Virus record (IMG/VR): IMGVR_UViG_3300026484_000545
Span: 1-64,000 of that record
Reading direction: 5' to 3' (one strand)
DNA from: a virus
Taxonomy: Duplodnaviria > Caudoviricetes
Length of the DNA: 64,000 nucleotides
Part shown: piece by piece, positions 40,548 through 49,393 of the stretch
How the letters are laid out: the number at the start of each line of letters is the position of its first letter
Position numbering within the stretch: the stretch's first letter is position 1
The notes under the pieces: model-generated
Told to the model about the DNA's origin: nothing
The model's database searches: none
The model's input: only the letters and a program-made list of their open reading frames with translations
Made by a program: the position numbers and the translations under genes

Positions 40548-43031
40548 CTAAATTACTTGTGTTAAATGTTGTAAAAATTTATCTAGATTACCCGTAACAA
40601 GTTTAATCTCAGTTTGACCGGTTAAGGTAATAGCTCCTCCTAGTTCAGCACAGTAAAATCTGAAGTAGTTATTACCATGCGCTCCAAATACTGCATTAGC
40701 TGCAATTTTTGGTACTTTTTGCATTTTATTGTAATATGCAATTTCATACTTGTTTTGCGAAGCGATTGCCTTTAAATATAATGACTTGTAATGTTTACGA
40801 ATACTGAGTAAGTAATCAAGTAATGCCCTAAAAATCCCAACTTCATCTTTTGGATTCTTTAAAATTGCTCCAGTTGGAGTAACGATAAATTTTCTACGTA
40901 AAATTAATGATTCTAGCTGCTTTAGAGGTAACTTACACTTATACCCAAATTGTTGACCAAAATAGGTTAATGGTTTTACAGTAACCTCAAGTTCATTTGG
41001 AAGTTGTATAGTATCTTCATATCCTCCAATTTTTGCACGCATATAATGATAAAATGCTTCTTTTAACTCATCGGATCCTTCAACTTGTAAAACATAGGTG
41101 TTTGGAGAAATATTTAAAGCTTGAATTATACTAGGATACATAGAAGAAGCATCTAAATCAATTACCCAGTAAAACAAACCAACTTGAGGATCTCTGTTAA
41201 AACCTCCAGGAAATTTTGTACTTGATGTGGTTAACCTTGCTCTTAAACACTTATTCTCTTTAGCTAGTTGACTTAACATTAATGCATCCGTTTGAGCTAA
41301 CGCTGAAGATGAGTTTTCCCAAGAAACTGATACGAAATTCTTTAACAATGTACTACTTGTATACAGAGATAATGCTGAATCTAATGCTTTAATTAAAGCT
41401 GTATCGATTATGTTATAAAATAGGAATTTGGTTGGATCGTTCTCATACAACTCACTCAAGGTACCTTCGTATTTAACTTTTTGAACTCCAAGTTCAATTT
41501 GTGCAATATAGTCTAGTTTATAAGAAGGCATTTCCTTCATTTTTGATGCTTTATAAGTTTCAAGCATATCTGAGATAATTATACCTGGGGCTTTGTAAAG
41601 ATTAGTTTTTGCACTTCTATATCCAAATATATCTAGCTTTGATAAAGTGCAATTTGCTTTTAACCGAAAAGCTCTCTCGGAAATATAGTTTGCATCAAAC
41701 CATGCGTTCCATGAAGTTAAAATATCAACGTCTTTAACCAATTGCTGCAAATACTCAAGAAGTTCAATTTCCGATGATACCTCTTTAATATCAAATTTTA
41801 ACGGTACGTTGAATTTCTCGAGAATCTCTTGGTAATCGCGCTTAAATTCTTCAAGCTTACTTTTGTCAACTTTCTTATTTAGAATACATGCATATATTGT
41901 ATCTGTTTTATTTGTAGTAAATGCAAATGCAATAATTGGAAATTGAGGATCTTTAAAATCTGGTACAATACCTGGAGTTAAAACCTCAATATCTAAATAA
42001 CCAATAGTTAAATCGTCGCATAATGCATCTTCTTGTAAAAGTCTTGTTTTAACCGTAAGATAGTCAGTTATGTGTAAATCGGCATTAAAGAGATGAGGTT
42101 GATTTGAAGCTTGTTTGGCATGAATCAAAGTATAGTCAAGTGCTGTAGTGGTTTCTGTAATCATATAAGATTCATTTGTATTTTCAATAGGTTCAATTCC
42201 AATATTCTTTTTAGGATTTGGAATTTTTTCACATCGGAAAAATTCAACTGGTAATTGCGATACGTCACAAATAATTGTATCATTAGTATCGGGATTTTTA
42301 AAAATCCCAATTAAAAGCGGATGTTTAAATCGATACTGGTTGTAAAAGTACTGAAAATCAACAACTTTATAACCTAACTCCAAATACTTTTTAACATCGT
42401 CCCAATTTGTAAGCTTTGGTAATTTTGCAATACAGTTTAAGATAGGTTGACATTCATGGTAATAATCACGAATATATTGTAAATCCTTAACAAATGAATC
42501 CAAGAGTTTACTGTTACGTAAACATGCACTCGGATGATATGTTACAAATAAAGCAGATGACTTATATAATCTCGGAATTTTTCGTAAGGCTTTAACAGGT
42601 AATTCTTTGGCTTCAGGTAAAAATGTAGATGCAGCAACTGATCCTAATGCAACTATGATTTTTGGTTTAAAAAAGTCAATTTGTGCATCTAAAATAGGTT
42701 TGCAACATTGTAGTGCTTCATCTGTAGGATCGCCGTTGTTTTCAATAAAACACATACATGCATTAGTATAAACAATGCTAAATCCATCAAAAATTTCATT
42801 GACATATTTCCTTAATAATTTTCCAGCTCTACCTGCAAAAGGTTTATCATTTTTCAACTCGTCCTTATAGGGATTCATTCCAACAAACATAATATCTACT
42901 GTATCTTTTACATTTTGCATATCAAAAGATATTGCAGGATTGGAGTAAAGCGGACACTTTTTGCAAGTCTTAAATTGCTTGTTTTTAAGATATTCTGTAA
43001 ACATTGTGTAAAATTTTTGAATTCGATTCAT
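40548..43031 (-). CDS. polB: Family B DNA polymerase, N-terminal half fused to an Fe-S-type uracil-DNA glycosylase domain
   Basis: Start MNRIQ after AGGAGGT. UDG motifs CKKCPLY, GMNPYKDE..KPFAGRAG, TNACMC, CC, TYHPS. Exonuclease motifs LDIEV, WNAWFD, YNIIDT. Polymerase motif A DASSMYPSII and motif B KIAANAVFG; no DTDS. Confidence 0.92.
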   Translation of the reverse strand: MNRIQKFYTMFTEYLKNKQFKTCKKCPLYSNPAISFDMQNVKDTVDIMFVGMNPYKDELKNDKPFAGRAGKLLRKYVNEIFDGFSIVYTNACMCFIENNGDPTDEALQCCKPILDAQIDFFKPKIIVALGSVAASTFLPEAKELPVKALRKIPRLYKSSALFVTYHPSACLRNSKLLDSFVKDLQYIRDYYHECQPILNCIAKLPKLTNWDDVKKYLELGYKVVDFQYFYNQYRFKHPLLIGIFKNPDTNDTIICDVSQLPVEFFRCEKIPNPKKNIGIEPIENTNESYMITETTTALDYTLIHAKQASNQPHLFNADLHITDYLTVKTRLLQEDALCDDLTIGYLDIEVLTPGIVPDFKDPQFPIIAFAFTTNKTDTIYACILNKKVDKSKLEEFKRDYQEILEKFNVPLKFDIKEVSSEIELLEYLQQLVKDVDILTSWNAWFDANYISERAFRLKANCTLSKLDIFGYRSAKTNLYKAPGIIISDMLETYKASKMKEMPSYKLDYIAQIELGVQKVKYEGTLSELYENDPTKFLFYNIIDTALIKALDSALSLYTSSTLLKNFVSVSWENSSSALAQTDALMLSQLAKENKCLRARLTTSSTKFPGGFNRDPQVGLFYWVIDLDASSMYPSIIQALNISPNTYVLQVEGSDELKEAFYHYMRAKIGGYEDTIQLPNELEVTVKPLTYFGQQFGYKCKLPLKQLESLILRRKFIVTPTGAILKNPKDEVGIFRALLDYLLSIRKHYKSLYLKAIASQNKYEIAYYNKMQKVPKIAANAVFGAHGNNYFRFYCAELGGAITLTGQTEIKLVTGNLDKFLQHLTQVI

Positions 43032-43085
43032 TTTCCTACCTCCTTTATTTTCCTTTAATCCATGTAAAAAAATAAAGCGAGTAAA

Positions 43086-43125
43086 ATGGGAGGCAGGGGA
43101 AATAATTTTCCCCTGCCTCCCCATA
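43086..43125 (-). terminator. Intrinsic terminator
   Basis: GGGAGGCAGGGGAAA/TTTCCCCTGCCTCCC 15-bp stem. Confidence 0.75.
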
Positions 43126-43126
43126 T

Positions 43127-44221
43127 TTATGCATTTTGCTTTTTCCTTAAATATTTAACTACAAGTCCAATTAACGAACCAAATGCTCCAAATAACATGA
43201 TTACTGCAGCTAAACCGAATACCAAAAATACAAGGCCTTTAATTCCTCGAGCGTAACATGCTTTAAAATAAAGTTTAAACATTGTAACTGGTTTTAGTAG
43301 ATGCTTAGATGTTAAATTTGCAATTTTTCTACCGATGGCCCAAACGGCTAGATATAACGCAAGTGCAAAGGCAAAAAGCATTGCAAAACCTTTAACTCCA
43401 TATTCTCCTTTAATTGCTTTATAATATTTGGCAAATAATTGTTTAACTTTTCCAAAAATAGATGCATGTTTAATATTGTGATAGGCTGTTTTTAACTCTG
43501 CAAATGCTACTTTGAATTTTTTGTATGCTGCTTCTGCCTCTTTTTTGGAGCAGTCGAATTTTTCTTTGAATTTTTCATCATCATATTGAAAAGCCGCTTG
43601 TATTAGCTGATCAATTTTTTCCAAACTGCGAATAGTACATTCAAGATGAAGTGCAACAATTGTGCGCTCAAGTTTTTCCAGTTCCTTGAAAATTTTTAAT
43701 GCTCTAGATGCAGCATCTTCTGATACTTTATACTCACTTAATTTTGATTCTAGATCCTCAGAACTTGCACTAATGTCGGAAAAAGACTTTGTAGGTAAAA
43801 GCTCTTCTGCTTCTTTCTTTAGCTGTTTAATTTTTTCGTCCAGTTCTTTTACACGAGCTTCATATTCATCTGCAAGATTATTAATCCACTCTTTAAACTC
43901 CTCAATTAAACGAGATCTCTTATCAGCATCATCATAAATTTTATTTACTAACCATTCATAGAAAATTGTGTAATTTCGAATTTCAGAAAATGCTTCGGTA
44001 TTTCCAGTATGTGAAATGTAAAATTTGTAAGCAATCGATCCAGATTTTGTATCAAACTCTGGAATTAAACCTTTAATTGCAGTACGTGTTAAATCATCAA
44101 CTGCATTTGCAAGCTGTTCTATAAATCCGCATAGAGACTTAAATGGATCTTGATTTTCGTCTTCGGAAGCCTCAGTTAAAATGTCAAGCATTAGAATTTC
44201 AGCTTCAGTAAGGAGATTCAT
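43127..44221 (-). CDS. Coiled-coil protein with C-terminal hydrophobic helices, paralog 2
   Basis: MNLLTEAEILMLDILTEA leader; shares DDEKFK..F.C.KK and KGEYGVKG...LYLAVWAIG.KIA with 44615-45745. Confidence 0.8.
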   Translation of the reverse strand: MNLLTEAEILMLDILTEASEDENQDPFKSLCGFIEQLANAVDDLTRTAIKGLIPEFDTKSGSIAYKFYISHTGNTEAFSEIRNYTIFYEWLVNKIYDDADKRSRLIEEFKEWINNLADEYEARVKELDEKIKQLKKEAEELLPTKSFSDISASSEDLESKLSEYKVSEDAASRALKIFKELEKLERTIVALHLECTIRSLEKIDQLIQAAFQYDDEKFKEKFDCSKKEAEAAYKKFKVAFAELKTAYHNIKHASIFGKVKQLFAKYYKAIKGEYGVKGFAMLFAFALALYLAVWAIGRKIANLTSKHLLKPVTMFKLYFKACYARGIKGLVFLVFGLAAVIMLFGAFGSLIGLVVKYLRKKQNA

Positions 44222-44502
44222 TATTCCTCCTCATTTTTATTTTTATTTTCTTTGTCAGCAACAATAATTCTTACATTTCGTTCTTTATAAGGATATCCTA
44301 CATCCTCGCATAAATCTTTAGTCGTCTCATATCCAAACCTACATATTAACAATTTAAAACCCGGATCTCTAATTTCATATGCAGGATTTCCTTGAAAAAT
44401 TTGCTCCAGCATTTCGTAAAACGCTTCACGTACGGGTTTATCTACATCAAGATACGCTACACGTCTTCCTTCTGAAGTATAGACAGGAAATTCCAACTTC
44501 AT
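44221..44502 (-). CDS. Small protein (93 aa), possible beta-grasp fold
   Basis: AAGGAGGTG RBS and TATAAATA motif upstream. Confidence 0.65.
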   Translation of the reverse strand: MKLEFPVYTSEGRRVAYLDVDKPVREAFYEMLEQIFQGNPAYEIRDPGFKLLICRFGYETTKDLCEDVGYPYKERNVRIIVADKENKNKNEEE

Positions 44503-44567
44503 GAGACACCTCCTTTTTTTGTTTTTTAGGAAATTTTTGAGAATTATTTATACAGATTTTAACAAAT

Positions 44568-44601
44568 AAAAAATAGACTCTCCAGCATACTGCTGGAGAG
44601 C
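44568..44601 (-). terminator. Intrinsic terminator
   Basis: CTCTCCAGCA/TGCTGGAGAG stem followed by TCTATTTTTT. Confidence 0.8.
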
Positions 44602-44614
44602 CTTGTATACAACA

Positions 44615-45745
44615 TTATTTAGCAAATTTTTCTTTTATTACGTCGATTAATACTTTGATTGCAGATCCAAATGCTGCTACCAATGTTAAAATTGCAGCTG
44701 CTCCAATTATTGCAAGTGGAAGTCCTTTTAAACCGAGAGTTTTACATGCTGCAAAATACTTCTTGAATAAAGTAATAGGTTTTGTAAGGTGAGCAGTAGT
44801 TAAACCTGCAATTTTCTTTCCGATAGCCCATACTGCCAAATACAATGCAATACCTACAGCTAATAATACTGCAACACCTTTAACTCCATATTCACCTTTA
44901 AGAGTTTTATACGCTTTTTGGAAGAGTTCTTTAATTTTACCTAAAACTCCTCCAGATTTAACAGCAGCTATAGTTGCGCTAGCTTCTTTAGTAAATGCCT
45001 CTAATTTCTTAAGTACTTTCTTTACGTCTTTTTTAGCACAATTGAATACATCTTTAAATTTCTCATCATCAAGTCCAAGTGCTTTTTCTACTACACCTTG
45101 GAATTTCTTACCAAGCCATACAAGAACACCTAAAGTTTCTGCATAAATTTTCTTGTAAGCATCCATTATTTGATTGTATACGGATATCACTTTTCTGTAA
45201 ATTTCCTGAGGATGTTTGTATCGTTTTAATGCTTTTTCAAATTCTTCTTCATCATTGTATCTAAGCTCTTTTAATGCTTTTCCAAAACCAGCTTCTCTTA
45301 AATCGGAAACTGCTCTTTCAAGTTTCTTAATTTCTTCATCTACAAGTTTGTTAAACGCTTCTACTTTATCTTCAATTGCGTCTCTAATTGCTTTTATTTC
45401 TTTTCTTTTTCTTTCCTCATCATCTTTATACTTTACTCTTGCATATCTTTCAATAACATATTCACATGCATCTTTACATACAGCTGCACTATTTCTTACG
45501 GTTTCTTTTGTCTTAGATATTGCGGATTTTACGTGGCTGAAAGTTTCTAAATTTAACGCAGATGCATCAATGTTTGCTGCAAATGAAGCTACAAGACGTC
45601 TAGCTTGTTCATCAAGATAATCAGCTACTTTGTTTACTAAATCTGCTAAATTGGAAACACTACCTATGCTAGCAGGAGCTTCAGCGTTTTCAGCCTCAGT
45701 TAAAATATCCAATGCCAAAATTTCTGCTTCAGTAAGTAAGTTCAT
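44615..45745 (-). CDS. Coiled-coil protein with C-terminal hydrophobic helices, paralog 1
   Basis: AGGAGG RBS; MNLLTEAEILALDILTEA leader; two Gly/Ala-rich hydrophobic segments at the C-terminus. Confidence 0.8.
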   Translation of the reverse strand: MNLLTEAEILALDILTEAENAEAPASIGSVSNLADLVNKVADYLDEQARRLVASFAANIDASALNLETFSHVKSAISKTKETVRNSAAVCKDACEYVIERYARVKYKDDEERKRKEIKAIRDAIEDKVEAFNKLVDEEIKKLERAVSDLREAGFGKALKELRYNDEEEFEKALKRYKHPQEIYRKVISVYNQIMDAYKKIYAETLGVLVWLGKKFQGVVEKALGLDDEKFKDVFNCAKKDVKKVLKKLEAFTKEASATIAAVKSGGVLGKIKELFQKAYKTLKGEYGVKGVAVLLAVGIALYLAVWAIGKKIAGLTTAHLTKPITLFKKYFAACKTLGLKGLPLAIIGAAAILTLVAAFGSAIKVLIDVIKEKFAK

Positions 45746-45804
45746 ATTACAATTCCTCCTGTTTAGATTTGAGTTTCTTTAATTTTGTTAAGCATGTTAA
45801 AAAC

Positions 45805-47124
45805 TTAAGCATCGGGTTTATCTTTATCTTCTCTAACCCGAATAAATGTAGGATGTCTAAGTTTTCCATCTTTTGTAACTTCTAGAAATTTAACTTCAAC
45901 TATTTTACCAATAATTTCTTCAGGATGTTCGAACCATCTTCTCCTATATTCGTATGGTAAACCTGAAACTTTTACATATTGATCCTTATACTTAACCAGT
46001 AGTGCTTGAATTTCATTTGGACGTTTTGTAGAAGGTACTACATCAACAACAAGTAAATCTAAGGTGTAAAACTTTTTGAATTTTATCCAATAGTACGTTC
46101 GTTTACCAGGTTCGTAAGGTGCATTACCTAATTTAAGCATTAAACCTTCCCAGCCTTTTGCAACAAGCTTATCGGTTAGTTGTAGAAGATATGCAATACT
46201 TGGTTTTTCTACTTTATGATGTGGCACGTATATAAGTTTTTCATCATCGTAATGCGATAAAAATTTTTTCAAGTCTTCTTTACGTTTGATATAAGGACGA
46301 GTGTAAACAGAGTTTGCAAGTTCATTTGGATTGCCAATTAAAAAGTCATAGAGGTAATATTTAACAAGTTTTTCTTGACTTGGACTTAATTTGTATTTTC
46401 TAGAGCTGGAAAAGGCCATTGAGATATTCCAATTTTTTGCATAAATTTCACCGTCGAGGATATAAGTTTCTCCTTTTGGAACTACGGATTGGTATTTTTT
46501 AATATGAGGAGCAATTACTTCTTCAAAATACGTCATACGTTTACCATTTCTACTATAGCACATGAAGTAGTCTCTGGTTACGAAAGTTACGCAACGTAAA
46601 CCGTCAATTTTAACTTCCCAAAAGCAAGGTTGAGTTTCTAAAAAGTACTCTAATTTACTTTCAGGTACTTTTTCAAACGATTGAGCAAGCATTGGGTAAA
46701 ACTTAGTTTCGGTATCTACATCTCCTTTAATTGCTTTTTTGATAAGTTGTAAACCTACTCCTATACGCAAATCTTTTGCAAGTATCCTTTTGTACCATTT
46801 GCAATGAAATTCATCGCATTTCTTAAAAAATTCTTGAAGTGTTTTAAGCAGTACATTGCCTGATAATTTTCTGAGAGCAATTGCAGTCGCAATGTTCCAG
46901 AATTCTTCAAATGAGGTTGTATATTTTTTACCGCATGGGATTTTTTGAAGGGTTTCGTAAGAAACGTTGAACTTCAAGTTTTTATCAAATACAAGTTTTA
47001 CGATTTTCATAAAGATTGCGGGATATAGTTCATATAGTTCGCGAATGATTTCTATTTTAACTTTTTGTTTTGTTTCTTTTTCGAGACGTTCAAATATTTT
47101 AAAAATCTCTGTTTCAGGTTTCAT
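45805..47124 (-). CDS. lig: ATP-dependent DNA ligase
   Basis: PMLA, EVKIDGLR (KxDG), SRNGK, LDGEIY, EGLMLK, WIKFK, LRHPTFIRVREDK. Confidence 0.95.
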   Translation of the reverse strand: MKPETEIFKIFERLEKETKQKVKIEIIRELYELYPAIFMKIVKLVFDKNLKFNVSYETLQKIPCGKKYTTSFEEFWNIATAIALRKLSGNVLLKTLQEFFKKCDEFHCKWYKRILAKDLRIGVGLQLIKKAIKGDVDTETKFYPMLAQSFEKVPESKLEYFLETQPCFWEVKIDGLRCVTFVTRDYFMCYSRNGKRMTYFEEVIAPHIKKYQSVVPKGETYILDGEIYAKNWNISMAFSSSRKYKLSPSQEKLVKYYLYDFLIGNPNELANSVYTRPYIKRKEDLKKFLSHYDDEKLIYVPHHKVEKPSIAYLLQLTDKLVAKGWEGLMLKLGNAPYEPGKRTYYWIKFKKFYTLDLLVVDVVPSTKRPNEIQALLVKYKDQYVKVSGLPYEYRRRWFEHPEEIIGKIVEVKFLEVTKDGKLRHPTFIRVREDKDKPDA

Positions 47125-47131
47125 TATAAAA

Positions 47132-47572
47132 CTACTCCCCGGAAGTTTTTATTAAATCTTTACAAGCCTTATAAATACAGAAGTAGAAGTCGTAAATTGC
47201 TTTAATCAAGCGTAAATACGTTTTGTAATATGATTTTACTGGCTTAATTGAAAAAGTAATAAAATGATTGCTTCCTTGTCTTGAATGAGTAAAGTTTTCA
47301 AGTTTTTTTGACATTAGTTTGATTGCAGGTTCTAATACGTTTTTCTTATCTTCAATTACAAAGGAAATACATATGTTTTCTAAAACAGTGTAAGCAGGAT
47401 CGTGAATAAATGTCACAACTTTACAGCCGAGTTGATTTAAGATTCTTTGAATAGGGTAGATTTTTTCATCAACATCTATCAATTTTGAGTTACTACATTT
47501 GGGACATTTTTTATCAGTCCATATAGAGTCGTGAAAAATCTCAAAACATTTAGCGCATACTTTCATCAGCAT
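47132..47572 (-). CDS. Zn-ribbon-containing hypothetical protein
   Basis: CAKC...CPKC at the N-terminus; AGGAGG RBS. Confidence 0.7.
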   Translation of the reverse strand: MLMKVCAKCFEIFHDSIWTDKKCPKCSNSKLIDVDEKIYPIQRILNQLGCKVVTFIHDPAYTVLENICISFVIEDKKNVLEPAIKLMSKKLENFTHSRQGSNHFITFSIKPVKSYYKTYLRLIKAIYDFYFCIYKACKDLIKTSGE

Positions 47573-47593
47573 ACCCTCCTTTTTCTTACTTGA

Positions 47594-48031
47594 TTATTTC
47601 GTTTTTCGACGCCTACGTTTCTTAAAACCTTCATCTTGTTTCAATACTTTTCGTTCTTCCGGAGTTAAGATGCAAGTCCATATGAAATAAGCTTCCGATT
47701 CGGATGCGTCAGGTTTAATATATCTTCGAACCTTTTGTACGATTTCCTTTAGTTCCTTTTTTGGACTCTTTTCGTTTTTACCATAAAAGATTTTGTCTTT
47801 TTTTGTTAAATTGTATTGACGCACTAACTTTTTTGCTAGCTTCAAATATGAAATTGCTGGAGCATTTAATGTCTGATAGTTATTTAAAACTTGACTGAAA
47901 ACAGATAAGTATTCAGGATGTCCAATGTAACGCGGAATTATTTGTTTTACCATAAATTCATTTTCTAGTAATTCAGGTGTTAAATCGCCATCTTCAAATA
48001 GGAATTTATCGATTTGAGCAAAGATAGACAT
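47594..48031 (-). CDS. Probable clamp-loader small subunit (T4 gp62-like)
   Basis: Size and C-terminal pattern IVQKVRRY....SESEA....ILTPEE resemble gp62; no other gp62 candidate seen. Confidence 0.45.
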   Translation of the reverse strand: MSIFAQIDKFLFEDGDLTPELLENEFMVKQIIPRYIGHPEYLSVFSQVLNNYQTLNAPAISYLKLAKKLVRQYNLTKKDKIFYGKNEKSPKKELKEIVQKVRRYIKPDASESEAYFIWTCILTPEERKVLKQDEGFKKRRRRKTK

Positions 48032-48056
48032 GAGACCCTCCTAATCCATTTCTTAT

Positions 48057-48908
48057 TTATAGGATTACAAAATCTTGCTCGGAGTATAGCAAATCTGAAC
48101 TAAACTCCTCTTTTTTCAGCAGACATATTTCTTTATAAGGACAGAAATAACATTTGGTTTTTTCAATAAATGGATGATCGAGATTTGGAATTTGTTTTGT
48201 AGCTATTGCTTTTTGAATTTCATTAGCTTTATTTATACAATATTCTACATCGGAATCATTAGGATTATACTCAAATGTAAATACTTTGATAGCATCTAGA
48301 TTTCGCGATATATATAAAAGCTGTCCGTATTTTACAGGTTTTTGTTGTTCAGTTGCAAGTAAATACATATAGAATTTGAGCTGACGAATATGTTCAATTC
48401 GTCCAGTAAAAGACTCGGATTTCAATTCATCAGCCTTGATTGTTTTGATTTCAATGACGTTATAAGAATTGTCATCAAGAATATTAATTGCATCAATTCT
48501 ACCTTTTACTTTAAGTTGCTCTGAATAAATTTCATGCTCAACGTAATCAAATCCAAGCAGTTGTTGTAAAAACTGATGAACAAACTCTCCAACTGCGGTA
48601 ATAAGTCCCAAGTATGGATAAACGGATACATTACACTTATCGTAATTAAAGTACTCAAATAAAATTTGACGAATACATTTGGAAGTTAATGAGGATACGT
48701 ATATATAGTCTTTATAAAACATTGAATTCTTTTGCGTAAGTTGAGAATACTCCTTGAGAGCATTTAAAATGTTTTCTTCATCTAATAATTTGGCGACATT
48801 TGACTGATGCGAAATATCGACATTTATATTCGGCTGTATACTAGATTTTTGCGTTTCTTTTTTCAGAATTCCCGCTTGAATATAATCCAGCAAATTTTCT
48901 AAATTCAT
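48057..48908 (-). CDS. Cas4-like PD-(D/E)XK exonuclease with Fe-S cysteines
   Basis: SKCIRQ, GEFVH, KGRIDA, IEIKT, QLKFY, CYFCPYKEIC; start MNLEN after GGGAG. Confidence 0.85.
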   Translation of the reverse strand: MNLENLLDYIQAGILKKETQKSSIQPNINVDISHQSNVAKLLDEENILNALKEYSQLTQKNSMFYKDYIYVSSLTSKCIRQILFEYFNYDKCNVSVYPYLGLITAVGEFVHQFLQQLLGFDYVEHEIYSEQLKVKGRIDAINILDDNSYNVIEIKTIKADELKSESFTGRIEHIRQLKFYMYLLATEQQKPVKYGQLLYISRNLDAIKVFTFEYNPNDSDVEYCINKANEIQKAIATKQIPNLDHPFIEKTKCYFCPYKEICLLKKEEFSSDLLYSEQDFVIL

Positions 48909-48935
48909 TGCAGTATACTCCCAACTAAACTTACG

Positions 48936-48973
48936 AAAAAGAAAAGTTAGGCTGGGTTGCAACCCAGCCTAAC
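48936..48973 (-). terminator. Intrinsic terminator
   Basis: GTTAGGCTGGGTT/AACCCAGCCTAAC stem followed by TTTTCTTTTT. Confidence 0.85.
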
Positions 48974-49393
48974 CTATTTTTGTAACTCAGTGTAGTATGC
49001 ATATTTACGAAATGTTTTAAAGATTTTTGGATTTTTTTGCTCACTTAACTGCTTAAATGCTAAATATGCAATATATGCCTTTGTAAGTTTTTCACATAAT
49101 TTACCTGAACAGAGCTGAATTTTCCTGCTATTTGAAGTCTCAATTAAATGCATTAAAGCATCATCTTTACTTAAAACAGTTGCTAGTTTTTCGGCAACTT
49201 TATGTTTATGTTTTTTAACAAGAGTTTTCATTTCAGATAAAAGTTGATTGACATCTTCATATGTTTCAATATCGCAATGCTCAGCAATTTTTTTAGCAAG
49301 TTTTAATCGTAGCTTTGCAAATTTTTGACTTGAATCAATATACTCAAGTAGTCTCCGAATTATTCGTATCGCGGTCATCAATATTCTCCTCAA
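48974..49393 (-). CDS. Hypothetical basic helical protein
   Basis: Overlaps the end of recA; GAGGAG RBS before MTAIR. Confidence 0.65.
   Translation of the reverse strand: MRRILMTAIRIIRRLLEYIDSSQKFAKLRLKLAKKIAEHCDIETYEDVNQLLSEMKTLVKKHKHKVAEKLATVLSKDDALMHLIETSNSRKIQLCSGKLCEKLTKAYIAYLAFKQLSEQKNPKIFKTFRKYAYYTELQK

Noticed and set aside
34311..43031. Split intein or trans-spliced intron joining the PolB halves
   Set aside because: No Cys/Ser-initiated block A after motif B, no HN-C/S/T before motif C, and no intron core in the flanks.
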